A stretch of DNA of 50,059 nt, taken from IMG/VR virus record IMGVR_UViG_3300017747_000841, positions 1-50,059 of that record; one strand, 5' to 3'. Made by a program: the position numbers and the translations under genes. Under the pieces are notes generated by a model. It saw only the letters and a program-made list of their open reading frames with translations. It ran no database searches and had not been told where the DNA came from. The stretch's first letter is position 1. Each line of letters starts with the position of its first letter. The stretch is from a virus (Duplodnaviria > Caudoviricetes). Positions 38,231-47,168 of the stretch are shown one piece after another.

Positions 38231-39571
38231 TCAGAAGAAAGTGACGATGCGCACGTAGCCTGCACCACCAGTACCACCAGCACCAGAGTTAAAAGCGCCC
38301 ATCGCAGCTCCACCCCCGCCACCGCCACCACCGGGAGCGCCGCCATTTCCTCCAGCGCCCGCCGCAGCAGAACCACACCCGCCACCGCCTCCGCCGCTAC
38401 CCCCAACGTAATAAGAAACTGCGGCAGAACCGGCAGTTCCAGCCGTACCGGCAGTTGTACCCCCTGCTGCGCCGCCACCTGAAAGGGTCACCGTAGAGTT
38501 AAGATAGTCCCCTCCTAATCCTCCGGGGCCACCCGCAGAAGCAGTGCTGGAACCACCAGCAACACCGCCTCCTCCTCCACCAGCGGCAGGTTTATACCCC
38601 CCACCACCTCCATTATTACCGGTTGATGTAGTAGATGCCCCGCCTAATCCACTATAAAATTGACTGGATGTATTAGCGTTTTCCGCAAAATAATTTGCAC
38701 CGTTTGCGGAAGTAGTTCCGCCTGTTGAATTACCCGCCCCGCCAGCACCGCCGCCTCTAGCAAGCATCCAAATGGTTGAAGTGCCAAACGTAGACGCTCC
38801 GCCTGCACCACCTATACCGCCGTCTGTTTCATCCACTGTGGCCGCAGCGCCCGACGTACCCCCCGCACCAACAACTACAGATTCAGTAGCACCAAGAGAC
38901 GAGGCCGGTATCCACAACTCCGACCGCCCTCCTATGCTTCCCCCGAAACCTCCAGAGGCACTATTTACCGTAGAAGCACTACGCCTACGACCTCCACCAC
39001 CGCCCCCGCCACCACCGAACATCAACACATAAACAAGTTTGGCCCCGGTGGGCTTGGTCCATGTGGAAGTGCCAGCGGATGTGAACTCTTGAATGTTGGC
39101 GTTAGCCGCAGCACCCAAGTTTGTAAGCGCGTTAGCAGCAGATGTAGCCCCCGTACCGCCGTTTGCTACTGCGACAGTGCCTGAGACATTTACCGCTGTA
39201 GTAGCCGTCGCAGCATTACCCGAAATACTGATGCCCCATGTACCCGTGGCAAAGTTGCCTTGGTTGTCTACAAAGCGGTCAGCGGGGGGCGCTACGACAA
39301 AAACATCTTTTGTACCGGTGGAGAAAACAACTAAAGAACCCGCATTGCTGGAAGCAAGAACTGTAGTACGAGCAAGCGTAGATGCAGTGTAGGTACCGAT
39401 ACCTACTTCCCACTCATTAGTGCCCTGCCCCGCAATACAGTAGTAGGTCGTATTCCCGCTACCAAGCACCGAGAACGCCTGATAGCCTGTCACAGCACCA
39501 GCCAACGCAACTGAGCCAGTACCCGTCGTAGCGGTTGTTTCTCTGACCCGATCTTTGATTACGAGCGCCAT
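38231..39571 (-). CDS. Tail fibre/adhesin: MALVxKDRV adaptor domain plus glycine-rich receptor-binding domain
   Basis: FTSAGTSTWTKP..GGGGGGG..GAGYVRI polyglycine domain; N-terminal ~100 aa paralogous to 44751-45092. Confidence 0.8.
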   Translation of the reverse strand: MALVIKDRVRETTATTGTGSVALAGAVTGYQAFSVLGSGNTTYYCIAGQGTNEWEVGIGTYTASTLARTTVLASSNAGSLVVFSTGTKDVFVVAPPADRFVDNQGNFATGTWGISISGNAATATTAVNVSGTVAVANGGTGATSAANALTNLGAAANANIQEFTSAGTSTWTKPTGAKLVYVLMFGGGGGGGGGRRRSASTVNSASGGFGGSIGGRSELWIPASSLGATESVVVGAGGTSGAAATVDETDGGIGGAGGASTFGTSTIWMLARGGGAGGAGNSTGGTTSANGANYFAENANTSSQFYSGLGGASTTSTGNNGGGGGYKPAAGGGGGGVAGGSSTASAGGPGGLGGDYLNSTVTLSGGGAAGGTTAGTAGTAGSAAVSYYVGGSGGGGGGCGSAAAGAGGNGGAPGGGGGGGGAAMGAFNSGAGGTGGAGYVRIVTFF

Positions 39572-39580
39572 GTTGGTCCT

Positions 39581-42313
39581 TTAGCCGTTTGGTACATCTT
39601 GCCACTGCCCATTTTCGGTATCGTCTATATTTTGCCAGTTCTGCCAAGTGTATGACAGGGCAACTGATCCAGCGGGGGGTACTTCCGACACGGCAACCCC
39701 AGACACACCAGCCAGACTCACAGAGCGGGTAACGGGCACATTAGTGGGTATGTCTGTCCATGTTGTGCTGGTACTGGTAGGTGTGTTGCTCCATGTACTA
39801 CCTTGTGCAGACGTATTGAAGTTAGTCCATACCGTACTTGTATTGGTGGCTACATTTTGCCAGTTTTGCCACGTATAAGACAGATCAATAGACCCCGCTA
39901 CAGGTACTTCAGACACCCCAACCCCAGATACTCCCGCCAAACTTACAGGGCGCGTAATAGGCACGTTAGTAGATATGTCTGACCATGTTGTGCCGGTAGT
40001 AGTGGGAATGTTGTTCCATGTACTACCCTGAGCTGCGGTATTGAAATTTGTCCATGTTGTACCGGTGTTAGTCGCTATGTTTTGCCAACTTGACCAGCTA
40101 TAAGACACAGTCACCATTCCGGCTGGAGGTACCTCGGAAACGGTAACGCCTGATACCCCCGCAAAACTAGTTGGTAACGCAACGGGTACACCGGTTTGAA
40201 CATCCACCCATGTAGCAGACTGATCGGTTGGGAAGGGGTTCCAGATCACCCCCTTAGAAATTAATGCGCTTTGCCCAACAAGCGTGTACACCCCGTAGTC
40301 AGGCTGAAGTACTCTCCCTTTAGCAATGCTAGCCGTCTGTCCACTGACGGTATAAGCACCGGTACTAGCCGCAACGTATTTGGATTTGAGCAGCGTGGCG
40401 GACTGCCCGAGAAGGTTGTAAGTGCCATAGCTGGGCTGAAGAACTCGCCCTTTGACAAAATCGGCTGACTGACCAGTGAGCGTATATGTGCCGTTACTGG
40501 CAGATATATATTTGGTTCTGAGCAGTGTTGCTGTCTGTCCGGTTATGACATACGACCCAGTGCTAGCAGTTATGTATTTGGTTTTCAGCAGTACTGCGGT
40601 CTGCCCAGTAACGGTGTACGTGCCGTAAGAAGCATTGAAAACGCGACCTTTAACAAAATCAGCAGACTGCCCAGTAACCGTATAGGTGCCGTAATTGGCG
40701 GATAAGTACTTAGACTTGAGTAGGATGGCAGACTGCCCAAGAACAACATAAGAACCGTAGTCAGCAGATACATATTTAGATTTAAGCAAAGTAGCGGTTT
40801 GCCCGCTAAGCGTGTAAGTGCCGTATGTAGGTTGAAGTACTCGCCCTTTGTCTAGGGCTGCTGACTGGCCTGTCAGGGTGTAAGTGCCGTTGCTAGCGGA
40901 TACGTACTTTGACTTGAGCAAAGTGGCAGACTGCCCACTAAGTACGTAAGAGCCATAATCAGCGGATACGTACTTAGATTTTAGAAGCGTGGCATTTTGG
41001 CCGGTAATCGCGTAAGATCCATATGCAAGATTTAGTATCTTTCCTTTAGTTATGGTTGCCGTTTGCCCAGTAACGGAATAATTTCCAGAAACAAGTTGTA
41101 GTACACGCCCTTTGCTCAGAATGGCTGACTGACCAGTAAGGGTATAAGTACCGTAGTCAGGCTGAAGAACTCGTCCCTTAACTATATCTATTGACTGCCC
41201 GGTAAGTGTGTAAGTACCGAAGTCAGAAGATATGTATTTTGATTTAAGGAGGGTTGCCGACTGCCCGTTTAATACATAGGAACCGTAATCCGCAGCAATA
41301 TAGTTAGTTTTTAATAAAGTAGCTGTCTGACCGCTGACCGTGTAGGTACCGTAGTCCGCAGCGATATACTTAGTTTTTAGTAGAGTAGCCGTCTGCCCCG
41401 TAAGTGTGTACGAGCCATACGAAGGCTGAAGAATTCTTCCTTTAGCCAGATCGGCTGATTGTCCTGTAACTGTGTAGCTGCCGTAATCAGGTTGAAGGAC
41501 GCGCCCTTTAGCTAAATTGGCGGTCTGACCGCTAACCGCGTAGGTGCCATAGTCAGGCGATAAGGCCCGGTCGCGGGTGAGCGCGACACTTTGCCCGCTG
41601 ACGGTGTACGTTCCATTGTTGGACGTCAGGACACGGTTGCGCGACACCGTAGCCGTCTGGCCTGTGATGCTGTAGCTGCCGTTGTTGGCGTTGATCAGCT
41701 TGCTACGTTGCAGCGTGACCGTCTGGCCTGTAACGGCATAGGTGCCGTTTAGCGCTGTGATTGCATAGGTAGCCGTAGGGCTAGTAGTGGTGGCGCTGCC
41801 AGAAAAGGGTGCAGACGAAAATCCCGAAAAACCAAATAACGAATAATTTGCAGAGGTTACATACGCTATCGTAGCGGCTTGACCGCTAACTGCGTAGGTG
41901 CCATAGTCAGGCGATAAGGCTCGATTGCGTAGCAATGTAGCGGTTTGACCGCTAATCGCGTAAGTACCGTAGTCAGGCTCTAAGACTTTGCTGCGTAGCA
42001 GCGTGGCTGTCTGACCGTTGACAGCGTAAATGCCATAGGCAGGCGATAAGGCCCGGTCGCGGTTGATTGTTACCGTGTTTCCGGTGACCGCGTAGGTGCC
42101 GTTATTGGCTGTCAGCGCCCGGTCGCGGGTCAGCGTAGCGGCTTGACCGCTAATCGCATAGGTGCCGTAGTCAGGCGATAAGGCCCGGTCACGGGTGAGC
42201 GTAGCGGCTTGACCGCTAACTGCGTAGGTGCCGCTATTGGCGGTTAGCGTTCGGTTAACTAAACCGCTGACGTCTGAAAATGGCGTCTGCGAAAAGCTAA
42301 CAAACCCAAACAT
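39581..42313 (-). CDS. Tandem-repeat tail-associated protein (29 x 22-aa repeats, Trp-periodic C-terminus)
   Basis: Repeat consensus [RK]xLxxxYG[TS]YxxxGQ[TS]AxLxK[GS]; 66-bp period visible in DNA. Confidence 0.85.
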   Translation of the reverse strand: MFGFVSFSQTPFSDVSGLVNRTLTANSGTYAVSGQAATLTRDRALSPDYGTYAISGQAATLTRDRALTANNGTYAVTGNTVTINRDRALSPAYGIYAVNGQTATLLRSKVLEPDYGTYAISGQTATLLRNRALSPDYGTYAVSGQAATIAYVTSANYSLFGFSGFSSAPFSGSATTTSPTATYAITALNGTYAVTGQTVTLQRSKLINANNGSYSITGQTATVSRNRVLTSNNGTYTVSGQSVALTRDRALSPDYGTYAVSGQTANLAKGRVLQPDYGSYTVTGQSADLAKGRILQPSYGSYTLTGQTATLLKTKYIAADYGTYTVSGQTATLLKTNYIAADYGSYVLNGQSATLLKSKYISSDFGTYTLTGQSIDIVKGRVLQPDYGTYTLTGQSAILSKGRVLQLVSGNYSVTGQTATITKGKILNLAYGSYAITGQNATLLKSKYVSADYGSYVLSGQSATLLKSKYVSASNGTYTLTGQSAALDKGRVLQPTYGTYTLSGQTATLLKSKYVSADYGSYVVLGQSAILLKSKYLSANYGTYTVTGQSADFVKGRVFNASYGTYTVTGQTAVLLKTKYITASTGSYVITGQTATLLRTKYISASNGTYTLTGQSADFVKGRVLQPSYGTYNLLGQSATLLKSKYVAASTGAYTVSGQTASIAKGRVLQPDYGVYTLVGQSALISKGVIWNPFPTDQSATWVDVQTGVPVALPTSFAGVSGVTVSEVPPAGMVTVSYSWSSWQNIATNTGTTWTNFNTAAQGSTWNNIPTTTGTTWSDISTNVPITRPVSLAGVSGVGVSEVPVAGSIDLSYTWQNWQNVATNTSTVWTNFNTSAQGSTWSNTPTSTSTTWTDIPTNVPVTRSVSLAGVSGVAVSEVPPAGSVALSYTWQNWQNIDDTENGQWQDVPNG
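40253..42250 (-). repeat. 66-bp coding tandem repeat array
   Basis: GTAGCGGCTTGACCGC at 42135 and 42201 (66 bp apart); 6 plus 23 units separated by a spacer. Confidence 0.9.
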
Positions 42314-42353
42314 TGCGCGTCCTCTTTAGCAGATTGTACAAGAGGACGCGCAA
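42313..42353 (-). promoter_or_regulatory. Perfect 14-bp hairpin sequestering the RBS and start of the repeat-protein gene
   Basis: TTGCGCGTCCTCTT 42313-42326 / AAGAGGACGCGCAA 42340-42353. Confidence 0.75.
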
Positions 42354-42356
42354 AAC

Positions 42357-42773
42357 TTACGTCGCTTGGAACACGCCGTTGGTGCCGTCCAGCGTCACAG
42401 TCACCGTCTCGCCCGCAGCAACCGCTTGGCTGGAACCGTAGTCCCAATACGCTACCGGGATGTTGTTAGTGCTGTTCCAGAGGATAGCGTACTGAAACGT
42501 GAAACCTGCCCCAGAAGCCGTCCAGACAGCAGGGCTAGTTAGTACCAGCTTGAACGTACCCGCAGTTTGTGTTGCAGAACTAACCGCAGCGGTGTTACCC
42601 CCCGCCGTATAACCCCCACCAGTAGGTAGATCAGTTGTACCAGCGGTGAACGTCGTATCCGCCACGTTGACGGTAGAGGCAAGAGCGATCTTCCAAGTAT
42701 CAGTACCGGAGTTGATCTGCTCAAACAGCGGCTCAATGGCAGCGGTATATTTTACATATGATGCAGTGGGCAT
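42357..42773 (-). CDS. Small beta-rich virion structural protein (fibre subunit candidate)
   Basis: WKIAL...GGYTAGG...YAILWN...AYWDYG; distant similarity to 45192-45599. Confidence 0.7.
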   Translation of the reverse strand: MPTASYVKYTAAIEPLFEQINSGTDTWKIALASTVNVADTTFTAGTTDLPTGGGYTAGGNTAAVSSATQTAGTFKLVLTSPAVWTASGAGFTFQYAILWNSTNNIPVAYWDYGSSQAVAAGETVTVTLDGTNGVFQAT

Positions 42774-42782
42774 GATAGATCC

Positions 42783-42977
42783 TTACAAAAAAGTGCCTGA
42801 TGATGATAAGACAATTTCTGGCTCAACAGAAACGGCTGTTTCAATCCATTGCCACCCTGCTTCGGCAAGAATTTCATCCGTTACCGCTTCCGATGTCCGT
42901 GTCGTATGATCTGGAAGTCTGACGCGCTTTGGGCGTTCTGCGCTGGTTTCGCCGCTAGTATGTACCCACATAATCAT
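42783..42977 (-). CDS. Small protein, possible fibre chaperone
   Basis: ATGA-coupled to the LamG gene; PxRxRLPD..TRT..LAEAGW. Confidence 0.55.
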   Translation of the reverse strand: MIMWVHTSGETSAERPKRVRLPDHTTRTSEAVTDEILAEAGWQWIETAVSVEPEIVLSSSGTFL

Positions 42978-44413
42978 GCCAGTTGGTAAACACCATAGAT
43001 GCTGTTAGTGATGTAGTTTGGAACTGTAGCCGTTACTGATAAAGGCGCGGATGGAGTAAAACTACTGCTGTAAATACCATATCCTTTTATTATCCGCAAA
43101 TTTGATATATATCCATTTAATGGATAACTAAACGATCCTGCACCAACTTGACCAACTCTAAGTGTTTGCGATCCCGTACCCCAATTTCCGCTAATAGATT
43201 GTCCTGTGCTAATAAGAGTTCCGTCGACAAAAAAATATATTGTGCTGCCAATTTTTGACGCCGCCAAATGATGCCAAGCAGTCTTAGAAATTGTTGTTGT
43301 AACGCTAGCCCCTACGCCTGTGGTAGCGTTATATACCGATAGGCCTGTTCCAGTTACAGATGAATCTCCACTTATGTAAAATCCACCATTATTAAGAATT
43401 TCGCATATAAGTGCTAACCGTCTATTTAATCCATCTAATGGCGAATCTGCGGAGATATATACGTATGCCTCCATTGTCCAATCGCCAGTTCCAAAATTAA
43501 AGTTCGCAGTTGCTGGCAATGAAATTGAATTTCCAGATCCAGCAAAATATATTGATGAACTCATTCCTGACGGATATTGCGCTGTGCTAATTGGCGCACT
43601 GCCGGTAACTGTTACAAGCAAACTAGATGATGTGCTATTAACTACACTATAATTGTCCATTAACAACAGCAATCGCGTGTTCGTAATTGCTGTTAATGGA
43701 CTTGTTGGTACTGTAAAATTTGAAGTGTATACAGCCGTTCCGTTCACAAACCTACAATTTGTAATATAGCCAGCAAAATTTTCAGTTGCGGATCTATTTG
43801 TACCAACACGCACTTCGGTCATTTGATTAAAATTTGTTGCGACTGTCCCTTGTCCGTCAGCGGTTCCGTTAATATATAGAGTTGTTTGATTTGTGCTTGT
43901 GCCACTTCTAACAACAGCAACATGCGTCCATGTTGTAGCAGAAATAGATCCTGTCGAATCTATGTTTGTAGTAGTGTCAGTAAATCGTAATTTATTAGTT
44001 GATGTTATTTGAAAAACAAAACCTGATGACACGCCGCCTTTTGCATATATTGTATGCGCGGCGCCAGCCGCGTTTCTATAAACCCAAGCTTCAATAGTAA
44101 AATTGCTTGTGCCGGGCTGTAAGTTTGCGTTGTTTGCGACACTTAAATAATCGCCAGTCCCATCAAAATATCCAGCGCCATTACTTACACCAGAAAACGG
44201 ATTAAACCCGGATTGAACCGTATCGCCGTTGCGTGTGACTGTAAATGCGTTTAAGCCGCTATCAATAAATGTCGTGTTATTGCTAACTGTTGTTTTACCA
44301 GCGCCAAAAAGCATTACACTTGATTCAACTGTAGTAGTTCCACGCTGGCGAGTGATGCTTGGCAGCGCCGCCTTTGTGATAAATCCTTGTCGAGCTAAAT
44401 GGATCAGGCTCAT
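42974..44413 (-). CDS. Receptor-binding protein with two LamG/concanavalin A-like domains
   Basis: Two copies of the YFDG..DYL / FTIEAW / WxHxA / GYIxNxR pattern; visibly AT-rich. Confidence 0.85.
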   Translation of the reverse strand: MSLIHLARQGFITKAALPSITRQRGTTTVESSVMLFGAGKTTVSNNTTFIDSGLNAFTVTRNGDTVQSGFNPFSGVSNGAGYFDGTGDYLSVANNANLQPGTSNFTIEAWVYRNAAGAAHTIYAKGGVSSGFVFQITSTNKLRFTDTTTNIDSTGSISATTWTHVAVVRSGTSTNQTTLYINGTADGQGTVATNFNQMTEVRVGTNRSATENFAGYITNCRFVNGTAVYTSNFTVPTSPLTAITNTRLLLLMDNYSVVNSTSSSLLVTVTGSAPISTAQYPSGMSSSIYFAGSGNSISLPATANFNFGTGDWTMEAYVYISADSPLDGLNRRLALICEILNNGGFYISGDSSVTGTGLSVYNATTGVGASVTTTISKTAWHHLAASKIGSTIYFFVDGTLISTGQSISGNWGTGSQTLRVGQVGAGSFSYPLNGYISNLRIIKGYGIYSSSFTPSAPLSVTATVPNYITNSIYGVYQLA

Positions 44414-44748
44414 GTGATATTTAACGCTGAAATGGTCACATTAAGGTAATTTGAAGCGCTGGCTTGTGCTCTTAATTTTTCCCCAGATTTAAGCACGATC
44501 TTATTAGCAACCACTTCTAACGAAGTGTCAGCTGGAACAGGAATTGTATATGCCAAATATGATTGAACCGTGTTTGAACTATCTGTTTTTACAATCGTTA
44601 CATCGGCTGATGCCGTACCGTTTACGTTAGCGCACAGCACTGATAGCACAACGGACACCGCGTCTGTTGATGTTGGAGCCTGATAGACGTCAGTTACGCT
44701 CGTCGTGCTTAATTGCACTTGAGCATTGTTAAATGTATTTGTTGCCAT
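44410..44748 (-). CDS. Small beta-sandwich tail-fibre adaptor
   Basis: YQAP..CANVNG..IPVPADTSL..KIVLKSGEKL; lies between the adaptor and LamG genes. Confidence 0.65.
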   Translation of the reverse strand: MATNTFNNAQVQLSTTSVTDVYQAPTSTDAVSVVLSVLCANVNGTASADVTIVKTDSSNTVQSYLAYTIPVPADTSLEVVANKIVLKSGEKLRAQASASNYLNVTISALNIT

Positions 44749-44750
44749 AA

Positions 44751-45092
44751 TTACCCCAAAGCAATTGCAAGCGCAGTTGCATCATCAAGCGTACATGCTA
44801 ATTCAGCAGGATAAGTCACAAATACATCTTTGCTACCCGCAGAAAAATTCACTAGCGATCCGCTATTGCTAGACTCCAGCACCGTGTCGCGGGATAACGT
44901 CGTGCCGGAACTGGTGTATGTCCCGATGCCAACTTCCCACTCTATACTGCCGACAATCGCGTAGTAGGTTGTGTTGCCGTTTCCGATGACCGAAAACGAT
45001 TGGTAGCCAGTTGACGCGCCAGCAAGCGTAATGGTGCCGGTGCCGGTTGTGGTTGTTGTTTCCTTGACCCGATCTTTAAGGACTAGCGCCAT
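44751..45092 (-). CDS. Stand-alone MALVLKDRV fibre adaptor domain
   Basis: Clear paralog of the N-terminus of 38231-39571; ends ALAIALG. Confidence 0.8.
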   Translation of the reverse strand: MALVLKDRVKETTTTTGTGTITLAGASTGYQSFSVIGNGNTTYYAIVGSIEWEVGIGTYTSSGTTLSRDTVLESSNSGSLVNFSAGSKDVFVTYPAELACTLDDATALAIALG

Positions 45093-45101
45093 GTCGCGGC
45101 C

Positions 45102-45182
45102 TTACGAAAGAAAGCGCAGTTTGTAGAGCGTGGACAAGTTCTCAATAGCTGGTTGGAACTTGTTATAGGATGCAGTGGGCAT
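45102..45182 (-). pseudogene. 26-aa chimeric gene remnant MPTASYNKFQPAIENLSTLYKLRFLS
   Basis: GAGGT RBS; first 16 aa match the start of 42357-42773; last 11 aa resemble a ferritin-like (DUF5856-type) C-terminus. Confidence 0.65.
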
Positions 45183-45191
45183 GATTACCTC

Positions 45192-45599
45192 TTAAGCTAG
45201 CCGAATTATGGCTGAAGTGCTGGTTGCAGTCGGAAACTGCACAGTGAAGGTATTACTGGAAGTCTTGTCGTTGCCGAAGTCAAGAACGCAGATTGCGCCA
45301 TTAGCCCCAGCCTGATAAATCAGCGCCCCACGCGCCGTCATTGCTACAGACCACGATGGATTGTCAAACGTAAGATAAGCTACGTTATTACTAATAGCAA
45401 CAGCGGGGTTAGCGAGGAGTTGAGCGCTATAAGACGGGGCTGTAACTTCTCCAACGGTCGTATACGCTGTAGTGCTTGCGTTAAGAGTAGCGTTGTTGGT
45501 GTAGAGGGCCATGTAGAACGCCCCGCTAGAAAAGTTGAACGCGCCGGTCATAAGACCAGTCTTGAACACATCACACGTAAAATTACCGGTGAAAGCCAT
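45192..45599 (-). CDS. Small beta-rich virion structural protein
   Basis: FK..L..G..NF..FYMALYT..ARGALIY..VLDFGxDKTS. Confidence 0.75.
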   Translation of the reverse strand: MAFTGNFTCDVFKTGLMTGAFNFSSGAFYMALYTNNATLNASTTAYTTVGEVTAPSYSAQLLANPAVAISNNVAYLTFDNPSWSVAMTARGALIYQAGANGAICVLDFGNDKTSSNTFTVQFPTATSTSAIIRLA

Positions 45600-46300
45600 C
45601 AGGTCACCGCCTGTCTGTATTGCCCAGACCTGTACGCATCCTGACGCTCCATACCATCGCCAAGACGTTTTGCCAGAGCCAGAGCTTCTTTATACTTCAT
45701 CTCGTACAACTGGACCATATCCGATTCACCCTTCATGAAGGTGTAGGCTTCAATCAATGATCCATAAAGCAGGACGGTATCGAAGTTATCCCCAAGCCAA
45801 GTCTGCCCACTAGAAGCAAGAGTGATTGAAGTGGGGTAGTAATAATAGTGAAGTTCAACCGTATAAGATGTATTCGGCTTAGGAGCCAGCATGAACGACA
45901 GTTCATTGGTGATGGTAGTAGTCACCACGGTGGGGCCGAACAGCGCGTAGTACTTGGGAAGCCCGGTAGAAGAAGGCGAAGGATACGCTTCCCGCAGGAA
46001 GTTCACATCCTTATTAAGCATGTAGCTGTAACTACCGTCAGTATTGACGACCGCAAACGAATACACAGACAGAAAATCATCCGGCGCAGATAGGTACGGC
46101 GTAGTTTGAGACACGACCCCTGTCTGACTTCTCCGCAACGAAGGAAACTGCACCGAGTTGTAAATGCGTTGCTCAGCCTGCTCAATGATCCGGTTGATCT
46201 GAGTAGTAGAGCTAACGGTAGACCCGTCAGCAAGCGTCACCAACGGAAACTGATTTTCCGTATAGGACTGGATCGCAGTTACAAGTTCGGAGTAGGTCAT
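45599..46300 (-). CDS. Head-tail adaptor / tail tubular A-like ring protein
   Basis: MTYSEL..AEQRI..PKYYA..LAPKP..LLYGSLIEA. Confidence 0.7.
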   Translation of the reverse strand: MTYSELVTAIQSYTENQFPLVTLADGSTVSSTTQINRIIEQAEQRIYNSVQFPSLRRSQTGVVSQTTPYLSAPDDFLSVYSFAVVNTDGSYSYMLNKDVNFLREAYPSPSSTGLPKYYALFGPTVVTTTITNELSFMLAPKPNTSYTVELHYYYYPTSITLASSGQTWLGDNFDTVLLYGSLIEAYTFMKGESDMVQLYEMKYKEALALAKRLGDGMERQDAYRSGQYRQAVT

Positions 46301-46563
46301 GCCATCGGACCACGCGCCATAGTGCCCTTGGTAGCGGCACCGGTACCACGGATTTTAATACCAGAAGTCTTGGTATCCGCATAACCATCACGATTGATGT
46401 TGCCAACGCTCATGTTGACAGATCTGGCCTGACTTCCTTTAGTCGGCACATACCCCGTGCTGCTGATGTCCGTACCAGAGCGACCTTTCATGTCGTGCGG
46501 GGGTGCGTATACCTCAGCCTGCCCCACTTCTTTGCCCATGACCTTCTTGCTGTACTTAGCCAT
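46297..46563 (-). CDS. Small basic late protein
   Basis: C-terminal RGTGAATKG motif; coupled on both sides. Confidence 0.75.
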   Translation of the reverse strand: MAKYSKKVMGKEVGQAEVYAPPHDMKGRSGTDISSTGYVPTKGSQARSVNMSVGNINRDGYADTKTSGIKIRGTGAATKGTMARGPMA

Positions 46564-46721
46564 TATTTGCTCCGCTGGTTCATCGCACGAGCGAGGTTAC
46601 GCCCATACTTACGCATGGCTTGACCCGTGACGCCGCCTTTCTTCATGCCCTTGGCGTGCATCCGCTTCTCGTGCGCCTTCACTTCCGTGTCAGCAATCTG
46701 CTTAACCTGCTTCTTATCCAT
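46563..46721 (-). CDS. 52-aa basic late protein (not in ORF track)
   Basis: MDKKQVKQ...MKKGGV...GRNLARAMNQRSK; GAGG RBS; TAATG coupling. Confidence 0.7.
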   Translation of the reverse strand: MDKKQVKQIADTEVKAHEKRMHAKGMKKGGVTGQAMRKYGRNLARAMNQRSK

Positions 46722-46731
46722 GATCTAGCCC

Positions 46732-47160
46732 TCAGGTCGTCACGACCGTTACTGTACCAAGTTGAATAGACATAGCCAAGTTATTTGGCGTCAGTCCCGC
46801 ATCGTTATCTCTCGACCCACCCACCGGGTTCCAGCCCCACTGAAACACCCTACTACCGCCTTCAGGTGTGCCAACCCCGTATATACCTGTATCGCCATTG
46901 ACGTTAGTCTGCAACCCACTTGTACCAGAAGCTAAGTAACTCACATCGGGCCTTGGATCACGCACAGCCTGCGGATCGTTAACCGGGTAGAGACCAAGAG
47001 ACAACTGCGGTTGATCTGGATCCCAGCAAGAGGGACAGACCTTCATGTTGACGATCTTAGTCTTGATGATGAGTTTCTTAAGCTCCTTCAGCTTGTACCG
47101 CTGGCCACAGCGGTCACACTCCGCAATCGCATACTTACCTGAGGCAAACTTAGACGGCAT
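46732..47160 (-). CDS. Zn-finger protein of the head-tail module
   Basis: CDRCG...VCPSCWDPDQPQ...PRPD. Confidence 0.75.
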   Translation of the reverse strand: MPSKFASGKYAIAECDRCGQRYKLKELKKLIIKTKIVNMKVCPSCWDPDQPQLSLGLYPVNDPQAVRDPRPDVSYLASGTSGLQTNVNGDTGIYGVGTPEGGSRVFQWGWNPVGGSRDNDAGLTPNNLAMSIQLGTVTVVTT

Positions 47161-47168
47161 ACGTCACC

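Noticed and set aside
40253-42250. 66-bp periodicity as a CRISPR array
   Set aside because: Units are in-frame coding repeats that vary throughout, with no constant repeat plus unique spacer structure.
36342-44413. Diversity-generating retroelement or invertible shufflon acting on fibre tips
   Set aside because: No reverse transcriptase or recombinase, no template/variable repeat pair with A-specific differences, and all fibre genes share one orientation.
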